From: Minisyncoccota bacterium
Lineage (GTDB): Bacteria; Patescibacteriota; Minisyncoccia; Phycocordibacterales; UBA9973
Reading direction: 5' to 3'
NCBI GenBank assembly: GCA_039915165.1
Contig: JBDSNU010000007.1
Location: 113,812 to 177,811, forward strand
Length of the DNA stretch: 64,000 nucleotides
In this document: piece by piece, positions 46,594 to 56,202 of the stretch
Layout: each line of letters opens with the position of its first letter
How positions within the stretch are numbered: position 1 is the stretch's first letter
Position numbers and translations under genes: made by a program
Notes under the pieces: model-generated
The model's database searches: none
The model's input: the letters and a program-made list of their open reading frames with translations, nothing else
Told to the model about the DNA's origin: nothing

Positions 46594-46620
46594 TTTCGAA
46601 CATCGTCCAGCGTTCGGAGT
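46594..46620. repeat. Copy 3 of the same repeat.
   Basis: tttcgaacatcgtccagcgttcggagt. Confidence 0.85.
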
Positions 46621-46669
46621 AAATAAATCACTCATAAGAAATAAGTGGGCCTTTGCTATACTAGTAATA

Positions 46670-47242
46670 ATGATGTCACAATATGAGGTCTTAGCATTTA
46701 AAAATTCTAAAAGTTGGCGACAGTGGCTCTTGAAGTCCCATAGCAATACTGAGGGGGTCTGGCTGCGAATATATAAAAAGGCTTCCGACATCTCTTCGGT
46801 TTCCTATGCAGAAGCCCTTGATGATGCTTTATGTTTTGGCTGGATTGATGGTCAAAAGAAAAAATATGACGACGTATCCTATATTCAGAAATTTACACCA
46901 CGACGAGCACGCAGTATGTGGTCAAAGCGCAATATAGAACATATTGAAAGACTAACTAATGATAAGCTGATGACCTCAGCAGGAATTACTGAGGTGGAAA
47001 AAGCTAAAGCCGATGGTCGCTGGGAAGAAGCGTATGACTCGCCTAGTAATATGATGGTACCTGACGATTTCATTACTGCAGTAAAGGCAGACAAAAAAGC
47101 TTTTGCGAATTACCAATTACTTAAAAAATCAGACTTATACAGTATTGGTTTTAAGCTACAGACTGCGAAAAAAGCAGAGGCCCGAGAAAGAAGATTCCTC
47201 TCTTTACTTGAAAAGTTACATAAAGGCGAATCATTACATTAG
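46670..47242 (+). CDS. YdeI/OmpD-associated (OmdA) family protein.
   Basis: The pattern W..WL..H......W........SYAEALDDALCFGWIDG is characteristic of this family. Confidence 0.6.
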   Translation: MMSQYEVLAFKNSKSWRQWLLKSHSNTEGVWLRIYKKASDISSVSYAEALDDALCFGWIDGQKKKYDDVSYIQKFTPRRARSMWSKRNIEHIERLTNDKLMTSAGITEVEKAKADGRWEEAYDSPSNMMVPDDFITAVKADKKAFANYQLLKKSDLYSIGFKLQTAKKAEARERRFLSLLEKLHKGESLH

Positions 47243-47317
47243 AACGTTATTGTTTTTTCAATACTGTCCTACCAAAAATAGCATTGTCTTTTACCCCAAA
47301 GCTACTATAATTTAATC

Positions 47318-47689
47318 ATGACAAAAGGAACATATGTAGACGGGTTTGTAATACCAATAAAGACGAAAGATGTTGCGGCTTATAAAAAGATGGCGGTATG
47401 GGGTGCAAAGATGTGGAAAAAACATGGGGCACTTGAATACTTCGAATGCATAGCTGATGATTTAAGTGTGGTAAACGGTATGGGTCAGGGCTTTGAAAAG
47501 ATGGCTAAACTCAAGGAAGATGAGACTGTTATATTCTCTTTTATTGTTTATAAGTCAAAAGCACAGCGTGATCAAATAAATAAAAAAGTGATGACAGATC
47601 CTACTATGAAAGATTTTGACGAAAAATCTATGCCAGTTGATATGAAGCGTTTCGTAATGGGAGGTTTTAAGATTTTAGTTAAAAACTAA
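47318..47689 (+). CDS. DUF1428 family protein.
   Basis: GTYVDGFVIPIKTKDVAAYKKMA...HGALEY...DQINKKVMTDP matches DUF1428. Confidence 0.55.
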   Translation: MTKGTYVDGFVIPIKTKDVAAYKKMAVWGAKMWKKHGALEYFECIADDLSVVNGMGQGFEKMAKLKEDETVIFSFIVYKSKAQRDQINKKVMTDPTMKDFDEKSMPVDMKRFVMGGFKILVKN

Positions 47690-47720
47690 AGTTAGCTATT
47701 CAAACAAACATATTTTTAAA

Positions 47721-48176
47721 ATGAAAACTTTACTTGATACCTCGACCAGAGATGAACTAATTGCCAGAATAAGAAATGTTAACGAGCGCAGTGCTGCGCA
47801 ATGGGGCAAAATGAATGTGTCTCAAATGTTGAAGCACTGCACAATTGCCGATGAGTTGTACTTAGGTAAAACAACATACAAGCAAAACTTTTTTGGGAAA
47901 TTGTTTGGTCAAATGGCAATGAAGAATTTATTAAAAGATGAAAAGCCGTTGGGTCGCAATACCCCTACTATCCCCCAGCTTAAAAACTTGGAGAGTGACA
48001 GCAACATCGAAGTCGACCAAAATAGACTGATTGATTCTGTACAAGAATACGAGCATTTCTCAAGGCAACTCATAGTGCACCCTTTTTTCGGCAACATGAC
48101 TCGAGAACAAATAGGAATGATGGCGTATAAACATATTGATCACCATCTCAGACAGTTCAACGCGTGGTGTTTTTAG
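47721..48176 (+). CDS. DUF1569 (DinB_2-like) family protein.
   Basis: WGKMNVSQMLKHC...HPFFGNMT...KHIDHHLRQF is present. Confidence 0.55.
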   Translation: MKTLLDTSTRDELIARIRNVNERSAAQWGKMNVSQMLKHCTIADELYLGKTTYKQNFFGKLFGQMAMKNLLKDEKPLGRNTPTIPQLKNLESDSNIEVDQNRLIDSVQEYEHFSRQLIVHPFFGNMTREQIGMMAYKHIDHHLRQFNAWCF

Positions 48177-48240
48177 ACTTTGGACAAAATAAAAAACCTC
48201 TCACTATATGAGGGGTTTTAAATTATGATACTATTATCCT

Positions 48241-48681
48241 ATGGCTACAATAAATCCTTGGATCAACTTTAACGGCAATGCTGAAGAAGCATTCACATTT
48301 TATAAATCAATATTTGGTGGTGAATGTACAAAAATTATTCGCTTCAAAGATCTCGCAAGTACTGAATTTCCAGTACCAGAAACAGAGGCGGAAAAAATAA
48401 TGCAGATCTCATTACCCATCGGTACGGGCAGCGTACTGATAGCAAATGATGTGCCTGCATTTATGGGAACAGTAAGTGAACAAGAAAATCGCAGTAAAAT
48501 TTTAGTTACTGCCGATAGTAAAGAAGAAGCAGATGCTATATTCAACGGTCTTTCAGAGGGAGCAGAAGTAGAAGGCCCAATCGGTGAAAGTCCTTGGGGT
48601 AGCTATGCTGGAACACTAAGAGATAAGTACGGTATCGAATGGGTAGTAGAATTTTCAGCTATTGATCAACGTCCTGAGTAA
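48241..48681 (+). CDS. VOC/glyoxalase-fold PhnB-like protein.
   Basis: The N-terminus INPWINFNGNAEEAFTFYKSIFGG and the C-terminus GPIGESPWGSYAGTLRDKYGIEWVV match the PhnB-like family. Confidence 0.6.
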   Translation: MATINPWINFNGNAEEAFTFYKSIFGGECTKIIRFKDLASTEFPVPETEAEKIMQISLPIGTGSVLIANDVPAFMGTVSEQENRSKILVTADSKEEADAIFNGLSEGAEVEGPIGESPWGSYAGTLRDKYGIEWVVEFSAIDQRPE

Positions 48682-48730
48682 AATAAAAAGCCAGAATAAA
48701 TTCTGACTTAATAAAAACTCGAGATCAATA

Positions 48731-49027
48731 CTAGCTGGCTTTCATAAAAATTGGCGACATATCCAACGCCCTGTTTATAAAATCGAAGGGCGAGATACCA
48801 AGAGAGGTAGCGAGTAAAATCATCTGCTCGGACTTGGGTCTTTTTTTGCCGTGTAGCATATCCTGAACTTCACCTAACTCAACACTGAGTATTCTGGCAA
48901 AATCATCTGGCGTTTTTTCATTTTCTTTCATAATTTTGCTAAATGACAAGCCAGAACGATTCTGTTGCAGAGGGCATTCTCCAAACAATTTTCCACATAC
49001 CGGGCATTTTTTACTATTCTTTTCCAT
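48731..49027 (-). CDS. Zn-ribbon plus XRE-type HTH small regulator.
   Basis: The N-terminal zinc ribbon is KKCPVCGKLFGECP. The HTH-like segment is ...QMILLATSLGISPFDFI. Confidence 0.45.
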   Translation of the reverse strand: MEKNSKKCPVCGKLFGECPLQQNRSGLSFSKIMKENEKTPDDFARILSVELGEVQDMLHGKKRPKSEQMILLATSLGISPFDFINRALDMSPIFMKAS

Positions 49028-49246
49028 TACTATAGGGGTTTAGTGTAAGATGGTTTTTATATACTGTAAACTGATTAATTCATATTGTCAATATTTGTCG
49101 TTACTTTTTTATCTCCCCTCCTTCATATATACTACCCTCAGCGATAAATCCATCTTTATCACTCCGGCACTCCTGCTTGGTCTGCGACTGGAGCGATGGT
49201 GCGCCCTATAAAGCTGAACGCTTTATCAATAGTTAAAAATACTACT

Positions 49247-49441
49247 ATGTCTGATCTTACTAATTTTAAACACAAGGACTTGAACACTGTTTCCGACGAA
49301 GAGAAAGAGTGGTACAAAGACAGCATGCGCAATTGGCGTAGCTGGGGATCTTGGTTTTCATGGGGCTCACCTGTGGGTCTTGGCATTTGGTTCTTATGCG
49401 TAGCAGGTACCATTTGGATCATCATGCAAGCCTTCCATTAA
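49247..49441 (+). CDS. Small membrane protein. The start is uncertain; the ORF track gives 49196.
   Basis: The C-terminal TM helix is VGLGIWFLCVAGTIWIIM, followed by a hairpin terminator. Confidence 0.3.
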   Translation: MSDLTNFKHKDLNTVSDEEKEWYKDSMRNWRSWGSWFSWGSPVGLGIWFLCVAGTIWIIMQAFH

Positions 49442-49442
49442 T

Positions 49443-49478
49443 AACAAAAAGCGCGGACAGCGTCCGCGCTTTTTGTTA
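49443..49478 (+). terminator. Intrinsic terminator.
   Basis: aacaaaaagcgcggac-agc-gtccgcgctttttgtt. Confidence 0.6.
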
Positions 49479-49494
49479 TAGAATTTTAATTATA

Positions 49495-49857
49495 TTATTT
49501 TTCTTCTTCGTTCAGTTTAACCGCTGCTTCAGGAGTAGAAACGGTTTTGCCCATAAGGAATAACTTGATGATTCCATACGCAACAATCCAATACACTGCC
49601 ATTGCTAAAAGAGTAGTCCATTCAAAAGTACTGCCAGCAACTATGTGAGTATTATGAAATACTGCTAAAAAGGGTGTGGCAAAAATATACGTTATGCCGT
49701 ACACGAATGAGCTAAATCCTGCTGAAGGATTGGCGGCCAAGAGTTTTAATATAAAACGAAAAGCCAACAGTACTTCTACGATTCCTAGAACATACCAGAC
49801 AATCTGAGTACTACGATAAAGGGGTTTTGTGCTTGAAGCACTATAAGATGAATCCAT
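49495..49857 (-). CDS. Hypothetical multi-TM membrane protein. The start is taken at the internal Met; the ORF runs to 49950.
   Basis: Three or four hydrophobic helices. The upstream part of the ORF overlaps the DUF1059 gene. Confidence 0.35.
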   Translation of the reverse strand: MDSSYSASSTKPLYRSTQIVWYVLGIVEVLLAFRFILKLLAANPSAGFSSFVYGITYIFATPFLAVFHNTHIVAGSTFEWTTLLAMAVYWIVAYGIIKLFLMGKTVSTPEAAVKLNEEEK

Positions 49858-49894
49858 ATATTTTTTAAGATTATTAATACTATTAAAGTATATA

Positions 49895-50113
49895 CTATTT
49901 ATCTTCCGGAGTTGCATCCCAATCTTTGTGGAACTTTTCAGACCATGCAACCATCATAGGATGGTCTGCTGGCATTGCTTTGATATCTGCTGCCATTTCA
50001 GGATGAACCGCTTCGATATGCTGCATCCCTACTGCAATCATTTCTTCACTGGTTTCAGCTGACATTGAGTGGTCACACATTCCGCCCATTTGAGCACAAG
50101 TCATTGTTTTCAT
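49895..50113 (-). CDS. DUF1059 family small protein.
   Basis: MKTMTCAQMGGMCDHSMSAETSEEMIAVGMQHIEAVHP is the characteristic DUF1059 N-terminus. Confidence 0.6.
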   Translation of the reverse strand: MKTMTCAQMGGMCDHSMSAETSEEMIAVGMQHIEAVHPEMAADIKAMPADHPMMVAWSEKFHKDWDATPEDK

Positions 50114-50267
50114 AGAAAATTTTTATTTAAGAATAATATAACCATGATAGCATAGCGTTGAATATTTTATACACAGTCAGCATTTGACTCCTCTTCTCAA
50201 AGGCGTAGGATTAATAGAGACTCGTTCTTAAATAAAAAAGTATTATCAATAGTAAACAATCACAATC

Positions 50268-50417
50268 ATGCTTAATACAATTGCAATCATCTTAATTATT
50301 TTATGGCTTGTAGGATTTCTCGCATTTCCTGCAATTGGTGGAATTATTCATATCTTACTCGTTATCGCAGTAATCATGATAATTGTCCGCATCATCCAAG
50401 GACAAAGACCTCTGTAA
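50268..50417 (+). CDS. lmo0937-family small membrane protein (49 aa). It is not in the ORF track because it is shorter than 60 aa.
   Basis: Hand translation gives MLNTIAIILIILWLVGFLAFPAIGGIIHILLVIAVIMIIVRIIQGQRPL, which matches the lmo0937 family consensus. Confidence 0.6.
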   Translation: MLNTIAIILIILWLVGFLAFPAIGGIIHILLVIAVIMIIVRIIQGQRPL

Positions 50418-50444
50418 TAATTATCAGTAATTTATTTTCCATTT

Positions 50445-50633
50445 ATGACAACTATTATAAATACCCCCAATGGCAATAATGACAGCGGTAGCGGTCTTGG
50501 CATCATAATTGGTATCATTCTTATTGTTGTTATTGGTATCCTGGTATATCGTTACGGATTTCGATCACACTCAACAAATATAAATGTTAACGTCCCAACT
50601 CCCACAGTTAACACGGGCGGAGCGGCACAATAA
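50445..50633 (+). CDS. Small single-TM protein.
   Basis: 62 aa with a central hydrophobic helix GLGIIIGIILIVVIGILVY. Confidence 0.35.
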   Translation: MTTIINTPNGNNDSGSGLGIIIGIILIVVIGILVYRYGFRSHSTNINVNVPTPTVNTGGAAQ

Positions 50634-50665
50634 CATTTCTTATATGTATTAAAAAAGTCACATTT

Positions 50666-51769
50666 GTGGCTTTTTTAGTTTCTAAATCCACTACGTATGC
50701 GTGGTATAATTTACTTATGAAAAATTCAACAAAAACTCTTTTAGTTATTATTGCAGTAATCGCAATAGTAGTAATAACACTTTTTATTACACGAACTACT
50801 ACATCACCAAAAGCTGAAATTCTAACAGCTGAACAACCAACTTCAATTATTACAGGCTTTGCATGGCGATATGAAAAAGGCAGTAACGATGCTGATGGAT
50901 TGCCGCAAACGCAAATATTTTTAGACACAACACATACAGACGGAAAAGTAACTTCAATAAAAATTGATGAGGTTCAAGGCAGCTGTAATACTATTGACGC
51001 AGCAAAAGATGATAAGGATATTGTTTCTGGTACTACTAAAATCCAATGCTATGCAGCTGGCATGGGAGAATGGTACAAAATCGTCAAAGCAGAAAAAGCT
51101 TATGAAGTCCGCCGTAAGTATTTCGAGGAAACAAGTCCAGATATGACTCCTACCAACTATCAATACGAAACAATTGTCACTATTCCAAATAATGAGTCTG
51201 TAATTGCGGCACCTACAATATCGTCTGATAAAAAAGATATATTGAAAGATGGAAAAGTTTTATTGAGCGTTGATGATTCTGATATTTTTGAATATGTTAA
51301 AAAAGCAGAAAATGGGTTATGCGATAGTTCAAATATAAATACGACACCTACTCGAAAATCTTTTTGTACAAGTAAAACGACATTTAGAGCAGAAGCTTTT
51401 TTTACTAAAATAGTTGTATCTCCTACTAACAATGCAATTGGTTTTACTATACAAACTACCGAGCTATCACCCGACTCAGTTGCAGGTATTTTCCTCCGAT
51501 TAAATACAACGTATAAGGTACATCTATTAACTAACTATTATTTAGGAAACGATTTTTCTGCCTTTGCTCCATCAGGAAGTCGCTTTGCCTTTACAGAAAA
51601 ATGCTTCGAAGGAAATTGTGGTTTTACCATCATGACAACAAATACACTTACCTCTGTAAAACATTTCGGCAACTCAGAAACTGGGCCCAATTATGTATTT
51701 GTGAGATGGATTAATGATTCAACTATTGAATATAAGCTCGACGGTACGACAAAGCAAACTTCGATCTAG
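50666..51769 (+). CDS. Hypothetical TM-anchored extracellular protein. The probable start is MKNSTK at 50718.
   Basis: An N-terminal TM anchor is present. No family was recognised. Confidence 0.35.
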   Translation: MAFLVSKSTTYAWYNLLMKNSTKTLLVIIAVIAIVVITLFITRTTTSPKAEILTAEQPTSIITGFAWRYEKGSNDADGLPQTQIFLDTTHTDGKVTSIKIDEVQGSCNTIDAAKDDKDIVSGTTKIQCYAAGMGEWYKIVKAEKAYEVRRKYFEETSPDMTPTNYQYETIVTIPNNESVIAAPTISSDKKDILKDGKVLLSVDDSDIFEYVKKAENGLCDSSNINTTPTRKSFCTSKTTFRAEAFFTKIVVSPTNNAIGFTIQTTELSPDSVAGIFLRLNTTYKVHLLTNYYLGNDFSAFAPSGSRFAFTEKCFEGNCGFTIMTTNTLTSVKHFGNSETGPNYVFVRWINDSTIEYKLDGTTKQTSI

Positions 51770-51790
51770 AGCATTAGATTAATTGCTTTA

Positions 51791-52306
51791 TTGCGGTACA
51801 ATGATGATATTACTTATAGCAATTACCATATGACCAACAAAGAATTTTTTATCGAAACACTAAAAGAAGAAGCGCCAAAATTTAAAAAGGTTATTGAAGC
51901 TTTGAATGAAGATGATCATTCATACAAAGTTCATGAGAAGTCTCGCGAAGCTGGCAATCTTGCTGGACAGCTAGCAATTCAATGGAAAGGTATTTCGGGC
52001 ATCGCAACAACTGGTCGCCCTAATTTTGATGTTCATGCGATGTCAGGCCAAACTAAAAGCGATATGCTTGAAAATTTTGATAGTGGTATAGAGCAGCTGT
52101 ATAAAGATCTCGAAAATATAACAGACGAAGAATGGGAAAACGGTGCCGCTGGCTTTAGTGAAGTAATGAACGAAAAGAAATATCACCTGGCATGGATATT
52201 CTTGTTTGATGCTATCCACCACCGCGGCCAACTTTCTACTTACCTTCGCGGCATGGGGGCAATCGTTCCTTCAATCTATGGACCTTCTGCTGACATGCAA
52301 AACTAG
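51791..52306 (+). CDS. DinB/YfiT-like (DinB_2 superfamily) metal-dependent protein. The probable start is at 51833.
   Basis: A C-terminal HHRGQ motif is present on a four-helix bundle pattern. Confidence 0.55.
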   Translation: MRYNDDITYSNYHMTNKEFFIETLKEEAPKFKKVIEALNEDDHSYKVHEKSREAGNLAGQLAIQWKGISGIATTGRPNFDVHAMSGQTKSDMLENFDSGIEQLYKDLENITDEEWENGAAGFSEVMNEKKYHLAWIFLFDAIHHRGQLSTYLRGMGAIVPSIYGPSADMQN

Positions 52307-52377
52307 TCAAATATTGACTTTCCCCTTCTAATGCTTATGATTACGGAAAATCACATCCGTTAACTAAACAACTACAT

Positions 52378-52920
<543 letters not shown>

Positions 52921-52956
52921 GGCCTTTACATATTATTGTAAAGGCCTTTTTACTTG

Positions 52957-53505
52957 CTAGGTGTGGTAAAAACTGATAGGAAATAAACTCATTATCTCAA
53001 ACATTTCTCCGTTTATTGTTTTAAGTCGTATGACATCAGTAATAAGATACTGCTCACTCGTCCTCTGGTTTTCTTTGTAGAAATAAATTATATCGCCGAC
53101 AAAGCCCCGATTAGCATTCACAAAAAATAAAAATGATAACGCATTGAGCATACTTAATGCATATTTTTGCACATGTGATAAATAATCTGCAGAATGTGAA
53201 ATAGTATTGCCAGTATCTCTTGCCAAGAGTCGGGCTTTTTGTTTTCTGTTAAAAAACAATGGCGCTTCTTTATCCCAGCAAAAAGCTAAGATAAAAAATC
53301 GGTCACACTCCTTAACGTCGAATACAAACCAGAACAATTGCATAAATTCTTCCTTTGTATCTTTATTTACCAATAGTACTTCTTGGCGAAATGTTAAGCG
53401 TGACTTAAGGTCCGCATTACTCTCATCTCTTAAGATATGAATAAAAGTTCTTGTTCCTTCTTTGTACAACGTAAACGTTTTATCAGGTATTACTATCTGT
53501 TCCAT
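52957..53505 (-). CDS. Hypothetical protein.
   Basis: 182-aa ORF with no recognisable motifs. Confidence 0.3.
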   Translation of the reverse strand: MEQIVIPDKTFTLYKEGTRTFIHILRDESNADLKSRLTFRQEVLLVNKDTKEEFMQLFWFVFDVKECDRFFILAFCWDKEAPLFFNRKQKARLLARDTGNTISHSADYLSHVQKYALSMLNALSFLFFVNANRGFVGDIIYFYKENQRTSEQYLITDVIRLKTINGEMFEIMSLFPISFYHT

Positions 53506-53586
53506 ATGTATTGATTTAAATGATTTTCTTCATATTGCCTTATTTAAGCAATAAGTCAAATATAGAGAGGACAAAAAAAGCTGAGT

Positions 53587-54579
53587 TCAAAATCGAAACT
53601 CAGCTCCAGGTTTTTTTTGAAAGGTATCCCATCCTTTACCATACATTACTCGTGTGTCGTACTTTTTCTCAATCTCAAATGCTTTTTTAATCAACGTAGG
53701 ATCATTCTTGCCAGACCTAACTACAGTATCAACCCAGATCGAGAGACTGGTTCGAGCATTTTTTTCCACATGTGCAAAAGGGTGTTTAATTCCCTCTTCA
53801 AGTATTTCTACTGCTTCGGTAGAGGGAATGTGCCCACATGCTAACATAATAGCTTGTGGTACGGTCTTGTAATATTTTATCGATAAATAATTATCAGTAA
53901 AATCATGATAGTACTGCTCAAATTTCTTGCGAAGATTTTTACAATAAATCTCACCACTAGAAAATGCTTGTAAGCTGAACGCGATATCAATAATACGATA
54001 ACGATCATGCTCACAACCCAGGATTTCATTTACTACAGGATCGGCAATATTTTTTCTCATTGCCTGTAATGCAGAAGTTGCATGTCTACGAAGATTATGT
54101 GATTCGTCATACAAAGCAACCTCGCGCAGCTCAGGAACAGCATCACTATACCGACAGTCTTTAATAAAAGATATTAGTGAGTGTCGGTCACCCTCTAAGT
54201 AAAAAGTATTCATCCCCATAGAATCTTCTTCTTGGTCTTCCTCATCCAACCAAAACTCTTTGAATGCGGGAAGCCTATCATCAACAATTAACTTCTTAGC
54301 TACTGCCAAATCAAAAATATTGGTTTTTCTTAGTACGATTCTTTGTTCACGCAAATATGTTTCCACTGCATCATATTGATAAATGGGAAATGGTATTTCG
54401 CCATACATAGGATCATTTATGAAATATAGGTCTCCTTGCTTTTCAACAAAGGTATCGTCAAGCACTGATTTGTATCCATATAGATTGGGTGCTATTGAGA
54501 AAACCTTGTTCTCATATAGCATGGCGAATGGTTTTCTCATTTTTCTTTTTTTCTGAATACTACTGTTTTTACGCAGCAA
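53587..54579 (-). CDS. Hypothetical protein (helical repeat-like).
   Basis: 330-aa ORF. It has a weak resemblance to HEAT-like DNA alkylation repair proteins, which is not secure. Confidence 0.3.
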   Translation of the reverse strand: MLRKNSSIQKKRKMRKPFAMLYENKVFSIAPNLYGYKSVLDDTFVEKQGDLYFINDPMYGEIPFPIYQYDAVETYLREQRIVLRKTNIFDLAVAKKLIVDDRLPAFKEFWLDEEDQEEDSMGMNTFYLEGDRHSLISFIKDCRYSDAVPELREVALYDESHNLRRHATSALQAMRKNIADPVVNEILGCEHDRYRIIDIAFSLQAFSSGEIYCKNLRKKFEQYYHDFTDNYLSIKYYKTVPQAIMLACGHIPSTEAVEILEEGIKHPFAHVEKNARTSLSIWVDTVVRSGKNDPTLIKKAFEIEKKYDTRVMYGKGWDTFQKKPGAEFRF

Positions 54580-54641
54580 GTCAAACTAGTGCAATTTTGA
54601 CAAAGTTATAAAAAACACTAGTATGAAGAAAACGTAAAAAT

Positions 54642-55274
54642 ATGAAAACAATAAAAGTTATTATTGATGAAGATAATAGGGATTTTTTTAGACAGATCAA
54701 AGAAGCATGCGATGAATTGTCCCTACCTTCGTTCCCAACTTCTAGGGAGGAATACTCTGCGCTTGAATCTGGTTTGAAAGAATTTATTGGTGATGAGCAA
54801 GCACATACTATTCTGTACATTATTAACGTACGTGTAGTAAATGATAAAATCGACGATAGATTTTATACCTCGTATGCAAAAGGAAGAAAAACACTTTTTC
54901 TTTTTGGTCTAAGAAAAAATAAAAAGCGTTACATGGAACAAATTGTACAGTGGTGTGATGATCACCCCGAATGTTCTTTTACTGAAAAAGGCGCCTATAC
55001 CTTTCACTCTAATATCACTTCTAAAATCCGAAATATATTAAAGGCAAAGGTGGGATTTTTTATTTTAAATAGCAAACGATGCAGTGTTCCAACAAACGAT
55101 ACAATGTATGACTGTAATGATTGCTTGCAGAACAAAGTAGAGCACAAAATCATAACAATACCTGGACCTCCTTCTGAAGGTGGGCAAACTTCATATCGAG
55201 GCGAAGCTACTACACTCAGAGAATGTACAGGATGCGGCGCACAAGATGGTCCGTGGGTTATGGCGCAATGCTAA
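54642..55274 (+). CDS. Hypothetical protein with a Cys-rich C-terminus.
   Basis: 210-aa ORF with multiple CxxC-like pairs near the C-terminus. Confidence 0.3.
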   Translation: MKTIKVIIDEDNRDFFRQIKEACDELSLPSFPTSREEYSALESGLKEFIGDEQAHTILYIINVRVVNDKIDDRFYTSYAKGRKTLFLFGLRKNKKRYMEQIVQWCDDHPECSFTEKGAYTFHSNITSKIRNILKAKVGFFILNSKRCSVPTNDTMYDCNDCLQNKVEHKIITIPGPPSEGGQTSYRGEATTLRECTGCGAQDGPWVMAQC

Positions 55275-55323
55275 TCTTAGCCGGTTACTGATAAAACAGT
55301 GGCCGGTTTTTAATTTTGAAACA

Positions 55324-56184
55324 TTAATTAAATCCCTGGAAATGAAGCACTTGTTGCAGCCAGTCCAATATAATTCTGCCGTCGTCATAGCGACTCTTAG
55401 AATGCAGGAAGACAACAGTTATATAATCAAACTTCCCTTCCCCGCTGGCAATGAAAACAAGATCTTGCCCGGCCAAATCAGTTACCCCCGTCTTACTAAG
55501 AATGATTGCAGAACTATATAAAGGATCACGATTGATTTTATTGGTAGTTTTCACATCGAGTTTCGTGCCGCTTTTTTGATCAGTAATCACTGCACTTTTT
55601 TCTTTGAGAATCTCAGTTAGCAAAGGATCTGTTCGATATATATCACTGAGTAAGTATGAAAGATTTTTTGGTGTTAAGCGATTAGGTAATTGTATTTTTG
55701 ATGTGGGATCAAGACCAGAAGGGTTAATAAAATTCTTTGTTGTATATCCCCCTGCATGAAGAAAGATATTCATAGTTGCCAAGAATTGCCCTGGAGCTGC
55801 TGATAATGCAAACTGATTGGCAACACCATTGTTGGAACTGATCAGCATCGAGCGAAGCAAATCATCCCTTGAGAACACCATCCCAGGCAAAATTCCACCA
55901 TTATCTTCTTGCGTATGGAGCAGTGCTGCTTCGGAAATAGTGAGCGTGCTGTTTTGTGGATATAAAAGTTCTACCGCTCGTGCACTAGCCAGCTTAGTAA
56001 TACTAGCAATAGGAAAAAGTGTGTTTTCTTTTTCACCATACAGCACGGTGGGTACACCGTTGTGCCAACCATAAATTGCGATTCCTTTTGCAGTCAGCGA
56101 AGCAAGGTTTACATTTACCGACTGTGCGATAGTGTATGAAGGCATTAGTAGAAAAAGTACAATGAGAATGAGTCTGTATTTCAT
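55324..56184 (-). CDS. Secreted serine-type D-Ala-D-Ala carboxypeptidase / beta-lactamase-fold protein (S11-like).
   Basis: A signal peptide ending in TIAQS is present. SxxK is SITKL, the SxN region is ISSNNG, and a KTG-like region is present. Confidence 0.6.
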   Translation of the reverse strand: MKYRLILIVLFLLMPSYTIAQSVNVNLASLTAKGIAIYGWHNGVPTVLYGEKENTLFPIASITKLASARAVELLYPQNSTLTISEAALLHTQEDNGGILPGMVFSRDDLLRSMLISSNNGVANQFALSAAPGQFLATMNIFLHAGGYTTKNFINPSGLDPTSKIQLPNRLTPKNLSYLLSDIYRTDPLLTEILKEKSAVITDQKSGTKLDVKTTNKINRDPLYSSAIILSKTGVTDLAGQDLVFIASGEGKFDYITVVFLHSKSRYDDGRIILDWLQQVLHFQGFN

Positions 56185-56202
56185 ATTTCAATCATACCAG
56201 TT

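Noticed and set aside
45896-46620. Possibility that the three 28-nt repeats form a CRISPR array.
   Set aside because: Repeat spacing is about 350 bp (CRISPR spacers are about 30-40 bp). There are only three copies, no cas genes in the window, and the copies are not identical.
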